Positions 1 through 12,809 of a stretch of DNA of 64,000 bases are shown one piece after another (positions within the stretch are counted from its first letter, which is position 1; every line of letters begins with the position of its first letter). The position numbers and the translations under genes were made by a program. The DNA lies in assembly GCA_013239625.1 (NCBI GenBank), contig MU054220.1, positions 3,783,374 to 3,847,373 on the forward strand. The letters are read 5' to 3'. This DNA is from Lama guanicoe. Lineage: Eukaryota. The notes below the pieces were generated by a model. That model was not told the DNA's origin. It saw only the letters and a list, made by a program, of their open reading frames with translations, and ran no database searches.

Positions 1-180
1 GAACAGCCTGTGTGGGGCCCATGAGGCAAGAAAGGGCTCATACTGTTCTAGGACCTGAAATGAGGCTGGTGGGAATGGCGTGGGGTGGGCGAGAGGAAGG
101 GTGTGCGTGGTATGACCTGGGGAGAGGGGTAGGGGCCGACCATCACAGGAGTAGGGATTTTATTCTAAGTGCAGCAGGAG
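1..180 (-). mobile_element. L2 LINE fragment
   Basis: Resembles reverse-complement L2 3' region (gaacagc..tg..ggccc.tgaggca ... ggattttattctaagtgca). Confidence 0.6.
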
Positions 181-376
181 CACAGAACACAGGGAGATGC
201 ATAGTTGATTCAAACTGCCTTTTTCAAAAAGGCAGACAGGAGAAATGGCATGATGCAGAGGAAGGTCATGCCCTCCCCCTGAACTCCCAGAGCAACACCC
301 CCCACCATGGCTGACTGATGCTCTGCACAAAACACAGGCACCTGTGTGTGTCCAGCCACAAGCCACACTGATTTTG

Positions 377-580
377 AGAGGCAGACTCATGGCATGAAGG
401 GCTCTGGCTTTGGAGTCAGACATTTCTGGTTTCTGTCCTGGCTCTACCACCTGCTAGCTGTGTGACATTGGCAAGTTACTTAACCACTCTGTGCACCAGT
501 TTCCTCATCTCTAAACCTAGTGAGAAGAGGTGAGGGAGGTCAAGCCCTGAGCACAGCGTCTGGCGCACAGAAACTCAGGT
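377..580 (+). mobile_element. MIR SINE
   Basis: MIR core: ggctttggagtcagac ... tagctgtgtgacattggcaagttacttaaccactctgtgcaccagtttcctcatct. Confidence 0.85.
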
Positions 581-1371
581 GCTAGCATTGGTGCTACGTG
601 CAGGCAGCAGACACAGTGACAGTCTGAAAATGCCTGTAGTTCATGTACTGGTGATGCAAACTTTTTTTTTTTTAGCTTTCCTTATTCCAGGAAAGCTCTT
701 CTTTATCCTGTATCCCCCAGACTTAGGGATGTAAAGAGTGTTTACTATCCCCTGTCTCCCACTGTCTTTCCTCCAGGCTGTTAAGGGAGATTTTATCATT
801 GTTCCCTTTTAATGATGGGAAATGGGAGGCGGGAAGAGCTGAAGCTCCCTGCCCGAGCCCCACAGCCAGGACAGGAGCAGAGCGAGGGCACACAGGCTGA
901 TTCCAAGGCCACCTCCCCTGGGGGTGCTGTAGGACAGGCTGAGGGAGCACCCACCACTAAACACACTGATGGAGACACAAGCCCAGCAGGGCCTTGTGTA
1001 TAATGGGGGCGGGGGTGGGGAGCTGAGAATCCAGGAAATGGCCTTGTAAAAGAATACAGGCCCCAGGTGATAGGAAACCCGTAGAACTCTCACCCTGATG
1101 CGTTTCTATCAGGCTCAAGGGCTGAATCAGAGACCTCCTGGAAACCTTTAATGAGACAGCCAGACCCTGGTTCCTGTTTGCAGCTCTCATCTGTCAAGAG
1201 CCTCCCCCCGCCCCCCAACAAGGGGACGCCTCTTGGATGCATCAAGTCAGGCAAGACTATCCTTGTCCTAGGAGGGGCTCAGCCTCTGCTGATGCCTGAA
1301 AACCCTGCAATAGAGCACCCCGAGGGGAAGGTGTGGTTGACCAAAGGCAGCGGGACACAATGAGAACGCGA

Positions 1372-1590
1372 GGGCACCAGAGTCATGCAGACCTGGGCTC
1401 CCACCCAGCTGCCCACTTCTGCAGTGATGTGAACTGGGCCAGTGCCTGGGGCTCAGTCCCCTCATCTGTGAAATGGGGATAAAAGTCAGCCCTACCTCAT
1501 AGGGTGTCCTGAGGATTAAAGGATCGCTGGGGTAATAGTGTGTAAAAGCTCCCACGACAGTTTCTGCAAAGTCCTGGATAAATGTCAGCC
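1372..1590 (+). mobile_element. MIR SINE
   Basis: ctcagtcccctcatctgtgaaatggggataa ... cctacctcatagggtgtcctgaggattaaa. Confidence 0.85.
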
Positions 1591-1849
1591 TCCTAATTGA
1601 CTGCCTTCTAAATGTCCTTCGGTTTGGAGTCAGACAGAGATTCAAAAAAGGGAACTCTTTGACCACCTTTGGTATTTGGGAGGCATCAAGGGCGCTCGAG
1701 TCATAACACCCTGGCCTCCCAGCCCAGTGCTGACCGGTGCCCATCCCTCAAAAGACAGTCTATTGCTTCACTCTCGGCCCCACTTCTGAACCTTGGGTGC
1801 GCTCCTATTGTTCGACTGGCCACACTGACGCGTGAGGATCTGTTTGGTG

Positions 1850-1988
1850 TCTGTCTGCAGGACCAGAGAAGGGTTTACTGAGGACAGGGGTAGATGGATG
1901 TTGATTTTTATATTCCTAGCACCAAGCAAAGCCTTTGGCACCAGGTGGTGCTAATAAATGTTTGTGGCATGAATGAATGAATGAATGA
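1850..1988 (+). mobile_element. L2 3' end
   Basis: cctagcacc...tggcac...aataaatgtttg followed by (TGAA)n tail typical of L2. Confidence 0.75.
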
Positions 1989-3498
1989 TGGCAGCGTCCC
2001 CCGTGGAAGCATCAGACACGCAGTCTGTCCTTACTCAAGCTTCTGAAATGAAATGACAATCTCAACAGTCACAGTACAAAGAAAAGGGCACTGGCCCCAT
2101 AACAGCAGGAAGCCCGCTGCACTGGGGTGAGAAGAGCCGGCCTCAGGCATCCCGGCACAGACCCCAGGGCCCTGGGCTTTATCTCCTTCCTCCCATTGTC
2201 CCGCCTGGCTTTGTTTGGAGGTCACTGAGGGGCCCTGACTGCCCCGAGGTCCAAAGTAGAGCAGAATGGCTCATTCCCCTCCTGGAGAAACATTCCTTTC
2301 AGGATCTTTCCCAGGGACCCTCCCCCTCACTGCGTGGTTTCCTCTGAAACATGGAGGCCACCACATCCCCTGTCCCCACCCCCATCCCTAGCTGGCTGGT
2401 GGTTAGAAGTCCCCAAGAAGCCAACTCATTAGCTAAAGTGGGAAATATGCAACAGAGTACCCCACCCAATATGTAACCGTGACTCAGAACTCCGAGTGCT
2501 ACATGTTGAAGCTAACAAGGGCATGGGATGGGGCACCACCATCCCTCCCTAGCAGAGGGGAAAACCTCTGGAGGAGGGCATGTGAAGGCACTAGAAGCCC
2601 ATGGATTTCCTAGAACTCAGCTTAACTCGAAGAAACTCAAAGGCCTGAACTCCAAACCTTTAACTGCGGTGGTGAGGCAGCACCTCACTGAGGGAAGACC
2701 CAGAAAACAGGAGGTAGTGGGTAGAGGGTGGGGTCAGCACCAAGCCTTGTCTTCTAACTGATTTACAGCAGCTGGCCACAGAGCAGGAAGCCCAGAAGCT
2801 GTTAGAGACGGCCAAGCAGAACCTCACCGGTCAAGCCTGGACTTCCAGTGGGAGTGGGACCGATAGACCCAGCTCCCAGTGGCTGACTTCTTTCTCCTCC
2901 TCCTCTTCCTCCCCCTCCTCCAGCTACTGGACTCCAATGAGCTCCTCTAACTGTCACAGAGAGTGATGGAACATGCTGAAGAAAAAAAAAAAAAACTTCC
3001 TGACAATATCAGTTCTATGCACTGTGCCCTTAAACCTGAGTCAAGACCTTTCACTTCCGGTGATGTAATGAAGAGATGATGTGGATACTGGCAGCAGCAG
3101 CAGCTCACGTTTCCTGGGGGCGACTCTATGCCAGGATTGTCTTGCTAATCCTCCTGGCAACTCAGGAGGATTTTATAATGACTCATAAAGTTTAGAAACT
3201 TGACCAATCCCATGCAGTTAGTGTTCATGCTTAGCACACAAACGCAGCTGATGCCATCCCTTAGCTCCTTTATTCCCATTAACTTGGTCCATCAGCAGGA
3301 CTTAATATTATAAAATTAGGGAAACTGAGGTCCAGATCAATGATTTATCTCTCTTTTGCCCTCGGAAGCAGAGCCTGGTCTTCATTTAAGGTCTAACACT
3401 TTCTCAGCTGGATAGATTGTGTCTCCTCAGGCTGCTGAGAAGTGAGTGGGCCTTAGACAGCTGAAAGGGGTTGTCATTCCAGGGAAGAAAGTTTAGCT

Positions 3499-3884
3499 GT
3501 GCCCCAAACACTCATGCTCCTTCCAGAGTGAAGATTATGGCTGGAGAGGGGCTGCTCAGCCAGGAACTACATTTCCCAGGCTCCTTTGCCATACAGGGCC
3601 ATGTGACTTGCCTCCACCAATGGGAGTGGGAGTGATGTGAGCCTTCCCAGGCTAATGTGACAAGGGAGCAGATGAAACCTCTCTCCCTTTTCTTCCTCCT
3701 TCCATGGTGACCTCGGAAGCCACCTTGAAGATGGAAGAAAATAGAGGCCCTACATAATGTATGGAAAGCTGCCCTCCACTTTTATTGAGCTGTTGCTGAG
3801 TGAGAAATAAATCTGTGCTGTGTTAAGCCACTGAGATTTAGGCTTTTACCTCTTACAGCACCCAGCACTGCCTTACCCGATACA
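3499..3884 (+). mobile_element. Ancient ERVL/MaLR-type solo LTR (LTR16/MLT1-like)
   Basis: ctacatttcccagg...ggccatgtgact...ccaatgg and 3' end tgagaaataaa...ttaagccactgagattt...gataca; 5' boundary uncertain. Confidence 0.7.
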
Positions 3885-4385
3885 CTCATCGTGGACTTTC
3901 ATCTATTAGAACCACCTCACCCACAACCATTATTGCGAGTGCTGGGAAAGACCCTGGCAAACCCATGGGCTCAGACAGAATTTCGTTTAATTCAGGCCTC
4001 CACCCCCAACCATCCCAAGAAACGGAACCAGCAAAGGCCATCCTTTCTCTAGACCCATCACAGTTTGGAGTAATCCTGACTTCTTGGAACCTCCGTTCCT
4101 GCATCAAATGGCCTCACCTTTCAGGAGCACAGCTGTCCACATGGCCTGTCTATGAAGCTGACTTCTTCTGACCCTCCCTACTTCCACATGGGACCATTTA
4201 GCTCATTTCTAGAAATTTCTGCAGTTTCCTACTATGTGTTGGACAACCTTCTAGTAGAGGAAGAAGAGGTGAAAAAGAAACCGTACCTGCCCTTGAAAGC
4301 TTTCAGTCCAGGTAGGGTAATATATCCTCATTTTTCAGATGAGGAAACTGAGGCTCAGAAAAGCTGTGCCTAAAATAACGTAGCT

Positions 4386-4515
4386 GGGGGGAGGATATAG
4401 TTCAGTGGTAGAGTGCATGCCTAGCATGCACGAGGTCCTGGGTTCAATCGCCAGCACTTCCATTAAAAATAAATAAATAAACCTAATTACTTCCCCCCCC
4501 AAAACAAACAAACAA
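4386..4515 (+). mobile_element. Camelid tRNA-Ala-derived SINE (Vic-1 type)
   Basis: tRNA-Ala(AGC)-like head with A and B boxes (ggttcaatc), tail aaataaacctaattacttccccc plus A-rich end; 15-bp TSD aaaataac(g/a)tagctg at 4372-4386 and 4516-4530. Confidence 0.9.
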
Positions 4516-5010
4516 AAAATAACATAGCTGATTGATGACATCTTCCCACTAACCCAACACACAGGAATCATCTGAAAAAGATCAGTGAAGATGATGTACC
4601 TCCTTCAAAAAATTAAAACATTAATATGAGCCTCATTCAGAATTCCCAAAAAGAGATGAAGAAAAGAAACAGAACAACCCTAGGCTTATCTTCACTTCTA
4701 CCTTATTTTATTATCTGTAACATTCTAATAAAAATACAGCAGTCTTAATCATCCCCAATGAGACCTAAGGAAATGTCTTGGTCTTAATTTTAGCTCCATG
4801 CCAAATAGTCCAATATTATATTAGTTAAAATTATTTGACCTTAATAAAGGTTACATCCCCTCTCTGCTTATTTCCCCTTGTGTATGATTAGAGGGCTAAC
4901 CTAGATGGTCACTCAGGCTCCCTACAGTCCTCAATGTCTGTGACTCTGGGATTTTCACATTTGCTGATCAGACACAGGGTGGTGCCTCACCTGTCCACCT
5001 GACCCTATTG

Positions 5011-5210
5011 ATAAACATTTTATTGAGGGCCTATCCAGTATATTACAAGATTGAAGTCATTTATCTTTCATAACAACTCTATGAAGTAAGGGCTATTATT
5101 TTAGTGATGAGGATACCAAGACACAGGAAGTTTAAGTAATTTTCCTGAGGATGCACAGCAAGAGAGTGGTCGAATCAGGAATCGAACCCAAGCAGTCAAG
5201 CTCTAGAGCA
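5011..5210 (-). mobile_element. MIR SINE
   Basis: ttattgagggcct...cataacaactctatgaagta...gatgagga...aagtaattttcctgagg...cacagc...gaaccca. Confidence 0.75.
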
Positions 5211-5739
5211 TCAGCACCTCCCACAGTCCCAACCATTTGCAAAAGGCTCTGTTCATAGGTCCTAAGAAGTGGACAGCAGACCACATGACCCCGCCCACTT
5301 GCCACAGCTGATGGGACCAGGGAAGACACCTGTGCCCAGGGCTGCCCACCCCTTGACCTTGGCCTGGTGGGGAAGGCGTTCAGGCTTGCACAGGGAGGCT
5401 CTGAGTAGACAGTCTGGCCAGCTGGCTATGGGGAGGTGGACTGAAACCCATGAAAACGCAGGGTCCACTCACCAAGGTCAGAGTCAAGATGAATTAGCAG
5501 ACACTGCTAGTCAAAGCCGAGAGAGCAGTGAGCCACTCTAAGGGGGCCTGACCAGCGTATAGAATTCTTCAGATGGTTTTCTGGTTCTAGGAGCTCCGAA
5601 GTGGTGCATTTTTGCCTCTTGGGTTTCCCGGAACTCTGAATGGATCTTGACAGCAACCTCCCTGGAGGGGCACTAGTGCACGTAGCCCTCCATCCCCCGC
5701 CGTCCCAAGGAGCTTGCCCAGACCAGCACCTCTGAGCAA

Positions 5740-6229
5740 ATCAATTCCCCTCCTGCTTGCCAGACACCTTTGCTGGGTCTGACTGCACCTTTCCAAAACC
5801 AATACACTCCTAATAAGTAAGCCATTGGCTCAGGCGCTGGACTTTTCTGTAATATAGAGACTTGTGCTGTCACAATATTTACTGTAATAGGATTTGACAA
5901 ACAGAGCACTGGTGTGAGAAACAGTCTGTATAAAAGGGAAAAGAAGAGAAAGTTTTTTTTTTTTCCAAAAAAAAAAAAAAAAACCCTTCCGAGCTCAAGA
6001 AAATGGAAAAAGCAGAGTGCATAACAGAGGGGAAAAAAGTCAATTAAATCATGATAATTACTTCCGCTGCCATGCCCAAGAACAGCATGAGTGTCTATTA
6101 ATTAGGATTTCCACGTTGACTGTGGCTGTTTGACTTCAACGAAGCTGCCAGTGGGCTCAGTTATAACGTTCTCCTGGAGAGCAAATGTGTGAAAATATTT
6201 TCACCCTGACAATTAGCAGTTTCAAAGAA

Positions 6230-6230
<1 letters not shown>
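5740..6230. promoter_or_regulatory. Candidate non-coding regulatory block
   Basis: Repeat-free; CCAAT (5799) and ATTGG (5824), TATAAAAG (5929-5936), TAAT/ATTA clusters (6041-6060, 6096-6104). Motif-level evidence only. Confidence 0.35.

Positions 6231-6231
<1 letters not shown>

Positions 6232-6288
<57 letters not shown>
6232..6288. repeat. Compound (CA)n(GA)n microsatellite
   Basis: Read directly. Confidence 0.97.
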
Positions 6289-6290
<2 letters not shown>

Positions 6291-7557
6291 CGGGTTCGCG
6301 GGACTTCTGTGACTGGCATGAAATTCAGTAGTTCTACAGTCCCCACCCACCCAGAAGTCAAGGTAACCTAACCTCACTCTTTATAATTACAGCTCCTTCT
6401 AACTCTCAAGTAGCATTTGTCAGGGTGCAAATTCCTATATGAAGGCACAGACCAGGAGCCTGAAGGAAGCGGCAGGGTCATCTTGTCCAGACCCCTGCCT
6501 CTGGCAAGACCAACCCAAACCACTCAGGAGACCAGTCTGAAGCCGACATTGAAGGAAGGATGTTCAGAACAAGGTGACTCTACCCTGAGAACCAGATTCA
6601 CATCTAGAAACCAGAAGCTTCAATACCACTGAATGTTCTAAACAAGCCAAAATCTGTGTCTGAGATGATTCTCCCTGTTCAGACAGGCAAAGGCCCATGG
6701 TGCTTGAGAGGGGCCTGTCAGGCCGGTCTCTGGAATATCAGGGTCAGGAGTGCTGTGAGCGATCACACGGGCCACTTGGCAAATGAGGAAACTGAGATTC
6801 AGGGAAATCAGGCCATGTGCTTTTAGTGGCAGCGCCAGGACCCAGGCCCAGGTCTCTTGAGTCCCAGTCGGATTTCAGACAAATGCAGGACACTGGGCCA
6901 GTCACCCTTCAAAAGGTGACACTGAGCCGTGCCACCCTCCCTGATTGCCCTGATCAGCTGGAAACAGAGAATCCTGGCAAAGAGCCTGAGTAGATGCCCT
7001 GCCAAATGCCCTCTGGCCAGTTGGTGGGGCTGAGCCAGGAAATCCTCCAGCCCTCCAGCCCCAGGCTGTCCCTGGCCTCAGAGCCAGGGAAAGATTAGGG
7101 TCAGGACCCAGGAGAGTTGCGTCCCAGAGGATGTATTGAAATAGCGTCCCCTGCACGGGCAGGGCTCTCAAAGGGAAATGGGCTTTCCTGTCATTCACCG
7201 TCTGTTCTGCACTGGCCAAGTTAAACAACAGACTTGCCCACATCACACACCTAGTCAGAGGCAAAATTTGGATATCCTGCCTTGCAGGCTAATGCTCTCT
7301 GCCCTCCTAGCCTCATAAATATTTAAGGCGAAAAGGAACAGATATTAGCATTCAGCGGAAAGAATCAGAGGTCTGCGGACAGACTCTCCAGCTTCCTGGA
7401 TGGATGGGTGATCTCAGCTATGGGACTCCCCTCTCTGGCCTCAGACATCCCATCTACAAAGCACGAATAACAGCAGGTACCTCTGGGGACCATTGTCAGG
7501 TTGGACGTAAGCACTTCGGTGGCAGCTGGAGTTAGAGTTCCCAAGTCTTCCCTCCCC

Positions 7558-8011
7558 TGTAATAGAATTACTCATCCATGCCCTTGCCAGAGCCACACAT
7601 GGCCAATGACCATCCACCCCTTGACTCTGGGCCTGAATGGGTGACTTGCTTTAACCAAGAGGATGTCAGAGCAGAGGCAAAGATGTACCTGCATGGCTGA
7701 GAGGGCTCTCTTGGGCTCTGGTCAAATGCTATGAAAAGAACACATCTCAGCAGCCACTGCCCCTTCAGCCTGAGCTGCAGGATAAAGATGCATAGAGCAG
7801 ACCACAGGCTCCAGCAGCTGCTGGCCCCAGAAGGCTGGGAGACACGTGAAACAGACGGAAACTCAGTGCGCAGCCAGAGCCTGCAGTCCAAGCCAGCTTA
7901 GCCAAGGTGCAGTAGACCCATAGCCCTTGAATATGATAATAAATGTTGCTTTAAGCCACTGAACTTTGGGGTCTTTTGTTCTGCGGCATTATTTGGGAGA
8001 TAACTCACACA
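7558..8011 (+). mobile_element. MaLR solo LTR (MLT1F/G/H-like)
   Basis: Starts TGT, internal ccccttgactctggg...gtgacttgcttt, ends aataaatgttgctttaagccactgaactttgggg...taactcacaca. Confidence 0.75.
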
Positions 8012-9055
8012 ACTCCCATTTCACTATGAGAAAGAGAGGTTAAGTGGTTTGCTCAAGCTCACAATGCTGGCAGACAGCAAAGCCAGAACTGAAACCTGCG
8101 ACACGCCCTCAGCTGCCCCTGCAGCATGCTGAAACAGCGATGCTCACCAGGTCCCCCTGAGGAGTTGCCCCCTAGCAGCCACATCCACCCCTCCAGCCTC
8201 ACACTTCCCTGAAAGGGGCCTTCATTAGAGTAGGCCCATCGGACTGTACCAGGGCCGCTAACCAGAGCTCTGAGACCAGACTCCAGCTGGCTACAGGAGT
8301 CCTTGCCCTAAAGGTCACCCTCATCCAGGTCTGGACACTGATTTATCACCCTCTCACACCTCCTCCGCAGGGGCAGACGGAGGTGAGATGGAGGAAGAGA
8401 AAAAGTTGTCAGGCTCTTGTTGGGTCAGTCCATCTCCTGCACCCAGGCAGCAGGCAGCAGGCAGCAGGCAGCCGGGGAGCCAGATCCTTCTAGCAAATCT
8501 ACACTCACTTTGACGGGGAGGCAGGATTCACTGGAGACCCCAGGGGCAGGAGGTTGGGGGATGGGAGCAGGAGGGGACAGGAGAAGCAAGCGGTCAGCAT
8601 CCATTCCCACGAGCTCATTCCTCACGTGATTCTCTGTGTCAGGGCATGGTCTCCAAATGTGTGCAGGGCCCTCCCCTTTTCTGAGAAGGCAGCTGTTACA
8701 GGAGGAGGAGCATGGTGTTTGCAGTGAGATGGGTTCCAACCCAGGCCTCTTCCTGGCTGCATGACCAGAAATAAGTTCTCTGGGCCTCAAAACCCTGTGT
8801 AAGGAGAAAAGACTTAAGCCCCACACCTAGGGATGCTGTAAGGACTTTATGGGTTGTGTGCACCAGGGTCTGGTGTAAACACCAAGGCAGAATAACACAT
8901 CAGCAAGTACTGTTCTCTAATGTTGTCTGTGCCAAGGGTGGGCACACAAGTACTCAATTCCCATGAACTGGAGGGGAAAATACACAGATGCTGAGACTGG
9001 ATACAGTCAGAAACACATCCAAAGTGGTCTCCTATCAGTCTAGTCATGGTGACAC

Positions 9056-9247
9056 AGGAATGGCAAATGTGTAGCATGCATGCAGCTGCCTTCTAATTCC
9101 CACCCGTGGCAGACATCACTAATCGATTACAATACTCTTTGCTTATCAGTCCAGAAGGGACCTCAGAATCCTTTCAGCCCAGTGCATTGGCAGCTGATAT
9201 TACCAGTTTGAACTGGCACTAATAGTAAAAACTATTTCTCTTCCCTG
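9056..9247. mobile_element. Ancient hAT-like MITE (subfamily not determined)
   Basis: Degenerate TIRs caggaatggcaaat ... atttctcttccctg; internal ggcagacatcactaatcgat; related copy in the opposite orientation near 43040-43173. Confidence 0.55.
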
Positions 9248-9639
9248 GTCTAGTCCAGCAGTCTTGTTTCACAGAGCAGAAGCACAGAGTGAGCAAGAGA
9301 CTTGCCCCAGGTCACATGGGGAGGCACGACAATAACTCAGGTCTCAAGATTCTGGTGCTTGCCCCACCTCACCAGCATTTTTCCATTGAGATAATGGGAG
9401 AGATGCTCCCAGCCCCCTGGTTCATCCCACTCTGTGCCTGGATCATGTGTCAGGGAAGGCAGGTCCCAAATGGGGCTCAGGAGGCCCCCAGGAGTGCTGC
9501 CCACAGCATAGACTGCCATCCAGGTGGGCTTCCATCTCCACACTGGCCAAACCTCAGGCAGACCCCCAGCGTGAGGTCTGTGGGAGCCCCAGGTTCAGGC
9601 CTGCTGAGCATTCAGCCCCTGGGCTTTCCCCTCTGAGCT

Positions 9640-10092
9640 CTGCACCTGCCCTCACTCCCTCTCTCCTCTCCCCTCTTTACTCGCCACCTCCGGCCTCCAC
9701 TCTGCAACCTTCGTGTTGCTGCTTCCCACACCAAGCCCATTTCCACCTCAAACCTTGGCTTGTGCCATTTCCTCTGTCTGGAAGGTTCCTCAGCCAGTTC
9801 TTTGCATGGTCAGGTTCTTCTCATGGTTCAAGTCCTCACACAAATATCCCTCATCAGAGAGACACACCTGACCACCTCCACGGTCACTCTCGTGTCAGCC
9901 CGTTCCATTGTCTTTGTATCACTTTCACTCCCTAAAATCATCTTATTTATTTGCTTACTTTAGGTTATCCTTTTATCTGTCTCCCTATCAGACTTTAAAC
10001 CCCATTAGATGGTACGTAGTGACCTTGTTCATAGTGTTGGCTGGTCAATTGCAGTGGCTTGATAAGCTGTTGATGAATGAATGAATGAATGA
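9640..10092 (+). mobile_element. L2 (L2a-like) 3' portion
   Basis: ttcctctgtctggaa...tcagagag...ctgaccac...tctgtctccc...gaccttgttc ending in (TGAA)n. Confidence 0.8.
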
Positions 10093-11907
10093 CTCTTCCT
10101 GTGGGACCCAGTCCTCCTTGACGAAATTTCTCTCTGAAGCCCCACTACTAACCCGGGTGCAGTGCATCGCACGGCACCGACACTCAGTACGTGTCATCCA
10201 ATGAAGGAGTTGTCTTGTTTTCAGGGTCTCAGATTCCACATCTATAAAATTAGCCATTGGGGTAAGTCATTACTCTTCAAATCGTGTGACCAGATACCCC
10301 TGGAAATGGTTCGCACTGGCTCCTTTGCTGCCGCAGGCTTCACATCAGCCAATGAGCAAACTCAAGACGTGGCAGTGAGGCTTCAGGAAGCCAAGTATCC
10401 TCCTTGCAAAGTCCTGTCCTTCCTGATTGGGATGGAGAGGGAGCAAATCTTCCTTCTGTGTAATAATAGTGATGAGAGATGGTAACTGTCTTTTTTTAAC
10501 ATCCTCATTCTGCAACAGGAAGAGGTTGTCAACCAGATGCAGATGTCAGTTCTGACTTCTTTTTTTTTTTGTAATTTTATTGGTAAAGGAAATGAAGTCT
10601 GGGCCCCTCCATCCTGGTGCTCTGCCGAGATGCCCCCAAACAATGAGGCATTTTCCACCAACAATGAAGAATTAAAGTGCCCAAGAATTCCTTGGCTTGT
10701 GGCTGTTTCCTATTTTGGGCTCCCTTTGAAAAAAGTGGTCATGCTGCTTTATAGTTTGACGATCTCTGAAGGATCTATCTCAAGATCCCATTCCCATGGT
10801 CTCTGTGCCTGTGATTCTTGTCACATCTCGGCCCCTGTGTTGCTCAGACGTTCCACCAGGTCCAGTGTGCTTGTAGCCCAGGTGTGCAGAGCCGGGCTGA
10901 CAGATCTGGAGGACCCAGAAGGACTCTGGCCAGTCCAGCTCGGTCCTCCATGCCAGTCCGGCAGCAGTCACTGCCCTCTACCCCACCCTCCTTGCTGGGC
11001 CTCTCAGCTCCAGGTTTTGTGTATCTTGCAAAAAAAGACCAAATAACCACACTTGAGGTGTATTTGTGGTGGATGCATCTGGGGCCCCAGTGCTGGCAGT
11101 GTTTGTCCCACCCCATTTTTAGCCTCATTCAGAGACCCAGTGTCTTGTTCGAGGTCGCACAGCAAGGAGAGGCACAAGCCAGTTCTTTAGAGGTCTCTTT
11201 CCTGGCAGGGCGTTCTGAGCGGAAATTTCAAGAGCCCTTTGGCAGCCTGTCCCGGACATGAGAAATGTAAGCCTGTCTCCAATTTATTCACCCTGTGCGC
11301 AAAACCCCCGGCGTGAAGCACTGGGGCTGTGCCAGGCACTTCAGGGTATCATCTCAGCCACAGATGCAAGCCTGTGTCAGGAGCCCCACTCTTCCCTGTG
11401 GAAACTGAGGCTCAGGAGGTTCTGTGAAGTGCCTGTGATCACACCGGGTGGCCCAGCCGGGATTGGGGCCAAATCTGCTCCATGCACACTCTCTTTCCTT
11501 TCTGTCTGACCTCAAGTCATGGCCGCAGGTCCCTGTCCACAGAGCATTCAGCTGGCCTTTCTCTGCACAGGGTCCTCTCTCTAGAAGCAACCTAGCTGAG
11601 CCCCTGTCTTGCAGCGGAAGGAAGCACCAGGCAGCTGGGGCCAGGAGAGGCTGGAGAAAAATCTGAGACTTGGAGGCATCAAAGCTTCAGGGCCACCCTG
11701 AGGGAGACCAGGAGCTGAGCACAGAGGGACAGACAGACAACAGGCTCCCTTGAGGTGAAGGATGTGGGGGACGCCTGAAAGGGCAGGCCTAGTGTTGGAA
11801 AGAGATACAGAGAGACAAGGCTATGCTCTGTCATTTCGCTAATTAACTCACACACACAGAGTATCTCTGTCACAGGGCAAAACAAATAATTTGTGCCCTT
11901 TTGTGTA

Positions 11908-11942
<35 letters not shown>

Positions 11943-11943
11943 C
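11908..11943. repeat. (TG)n(CG)n microsatellite
   Basis: Read directly; alternating purine-pyrimidine. Confidence 0.95.
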
Positions 11944-12390
11944 TCGTACTGATAGGTCCTGACATCCCTGGGAACCCAAGAGGGCCCACGGGTGCCGACA
12001 GCAGCATGGCTGGGCTGGGAGCAGCCGGCGGCATCCCCTCTCCCACCCTCGGATACCCGCTTTGGCTAAGAATCCACCAGCCCCTCCTCCAGCCCAATGA
12101 AGCTATTTCATGAACCTGGCAAGTCGCCTTAATGTTAACGATGCCCTGCATCCTTTGAGGGTGGGGTGGGCGGGCGGTCATCTGCCGTGCTCCCTGCTTC
12201 CTGTAGGGCTCCCCTCTTAAGAGTTCCCTTTTTGAGCTGGGATGACTATTTCTGCAGAGAACAAGGGTCACCGTAACTGCTCCTCCCACACCAGGACGGA
12301 CCCGAACTTCCAACCCTGACTTCTAACTTACCTTAGGCTTTGTGCAAGAAGGCATTATCAGATTTCACCTTAAACACAAAGACATGCACA

Positions 12391-12420
12391 GCGCGCGCAC
12401 ACACACACACACACACACAC
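12391..12420. repeat. (GC)n(AC)n microsatellite
   Basis: Read directly; reverse complement of the 11908-11943 repeat. Confidence 0.95.
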
Positions 12421-12809
12421 CCCTGGAGACCTCCAGCCACCTAAACTCAGACCACACTGCTCACCTTGTCTGAGAGACCTGCCTGCCTCCGCCCATGTGG
12501 ACCCCTTCCTGGGGACGCCAGCCCCACCTTCTCCACCAGGCAAACTGCTTTTCATCCTCTGGGAACCAGACAGAGAGTCACCATCAGGGAAGACGGGTCC
12601 GTGCCTCCCAGCAGAGTTCGCAGCTCCCACCCGATGTTCCAGCAGCACGTAGTACACCCGCTGTGATTCTGTCTGCTTGTTTATCATCTCCCCTGGACTG
12701 CCCTCCCTTAGATCGGAGGAGTTCTTTAGTTTAGCCACAGCTTCTGTTATACACCAGAAACAGAAAATGTCTGGAGCACAGAGGGAGGAAGGGAAGGGTA
12801 CAACAATCA

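Noticed and set aside
4386..4462. tRNA-Ala(AGC)-like sequences (also at 32457, 46230, 48186)
   Set aside because: They are SINE heads: stem mismatches, shared SINE tail, A-rich ends and TSDs, and no oligo-T terminator directly downstream
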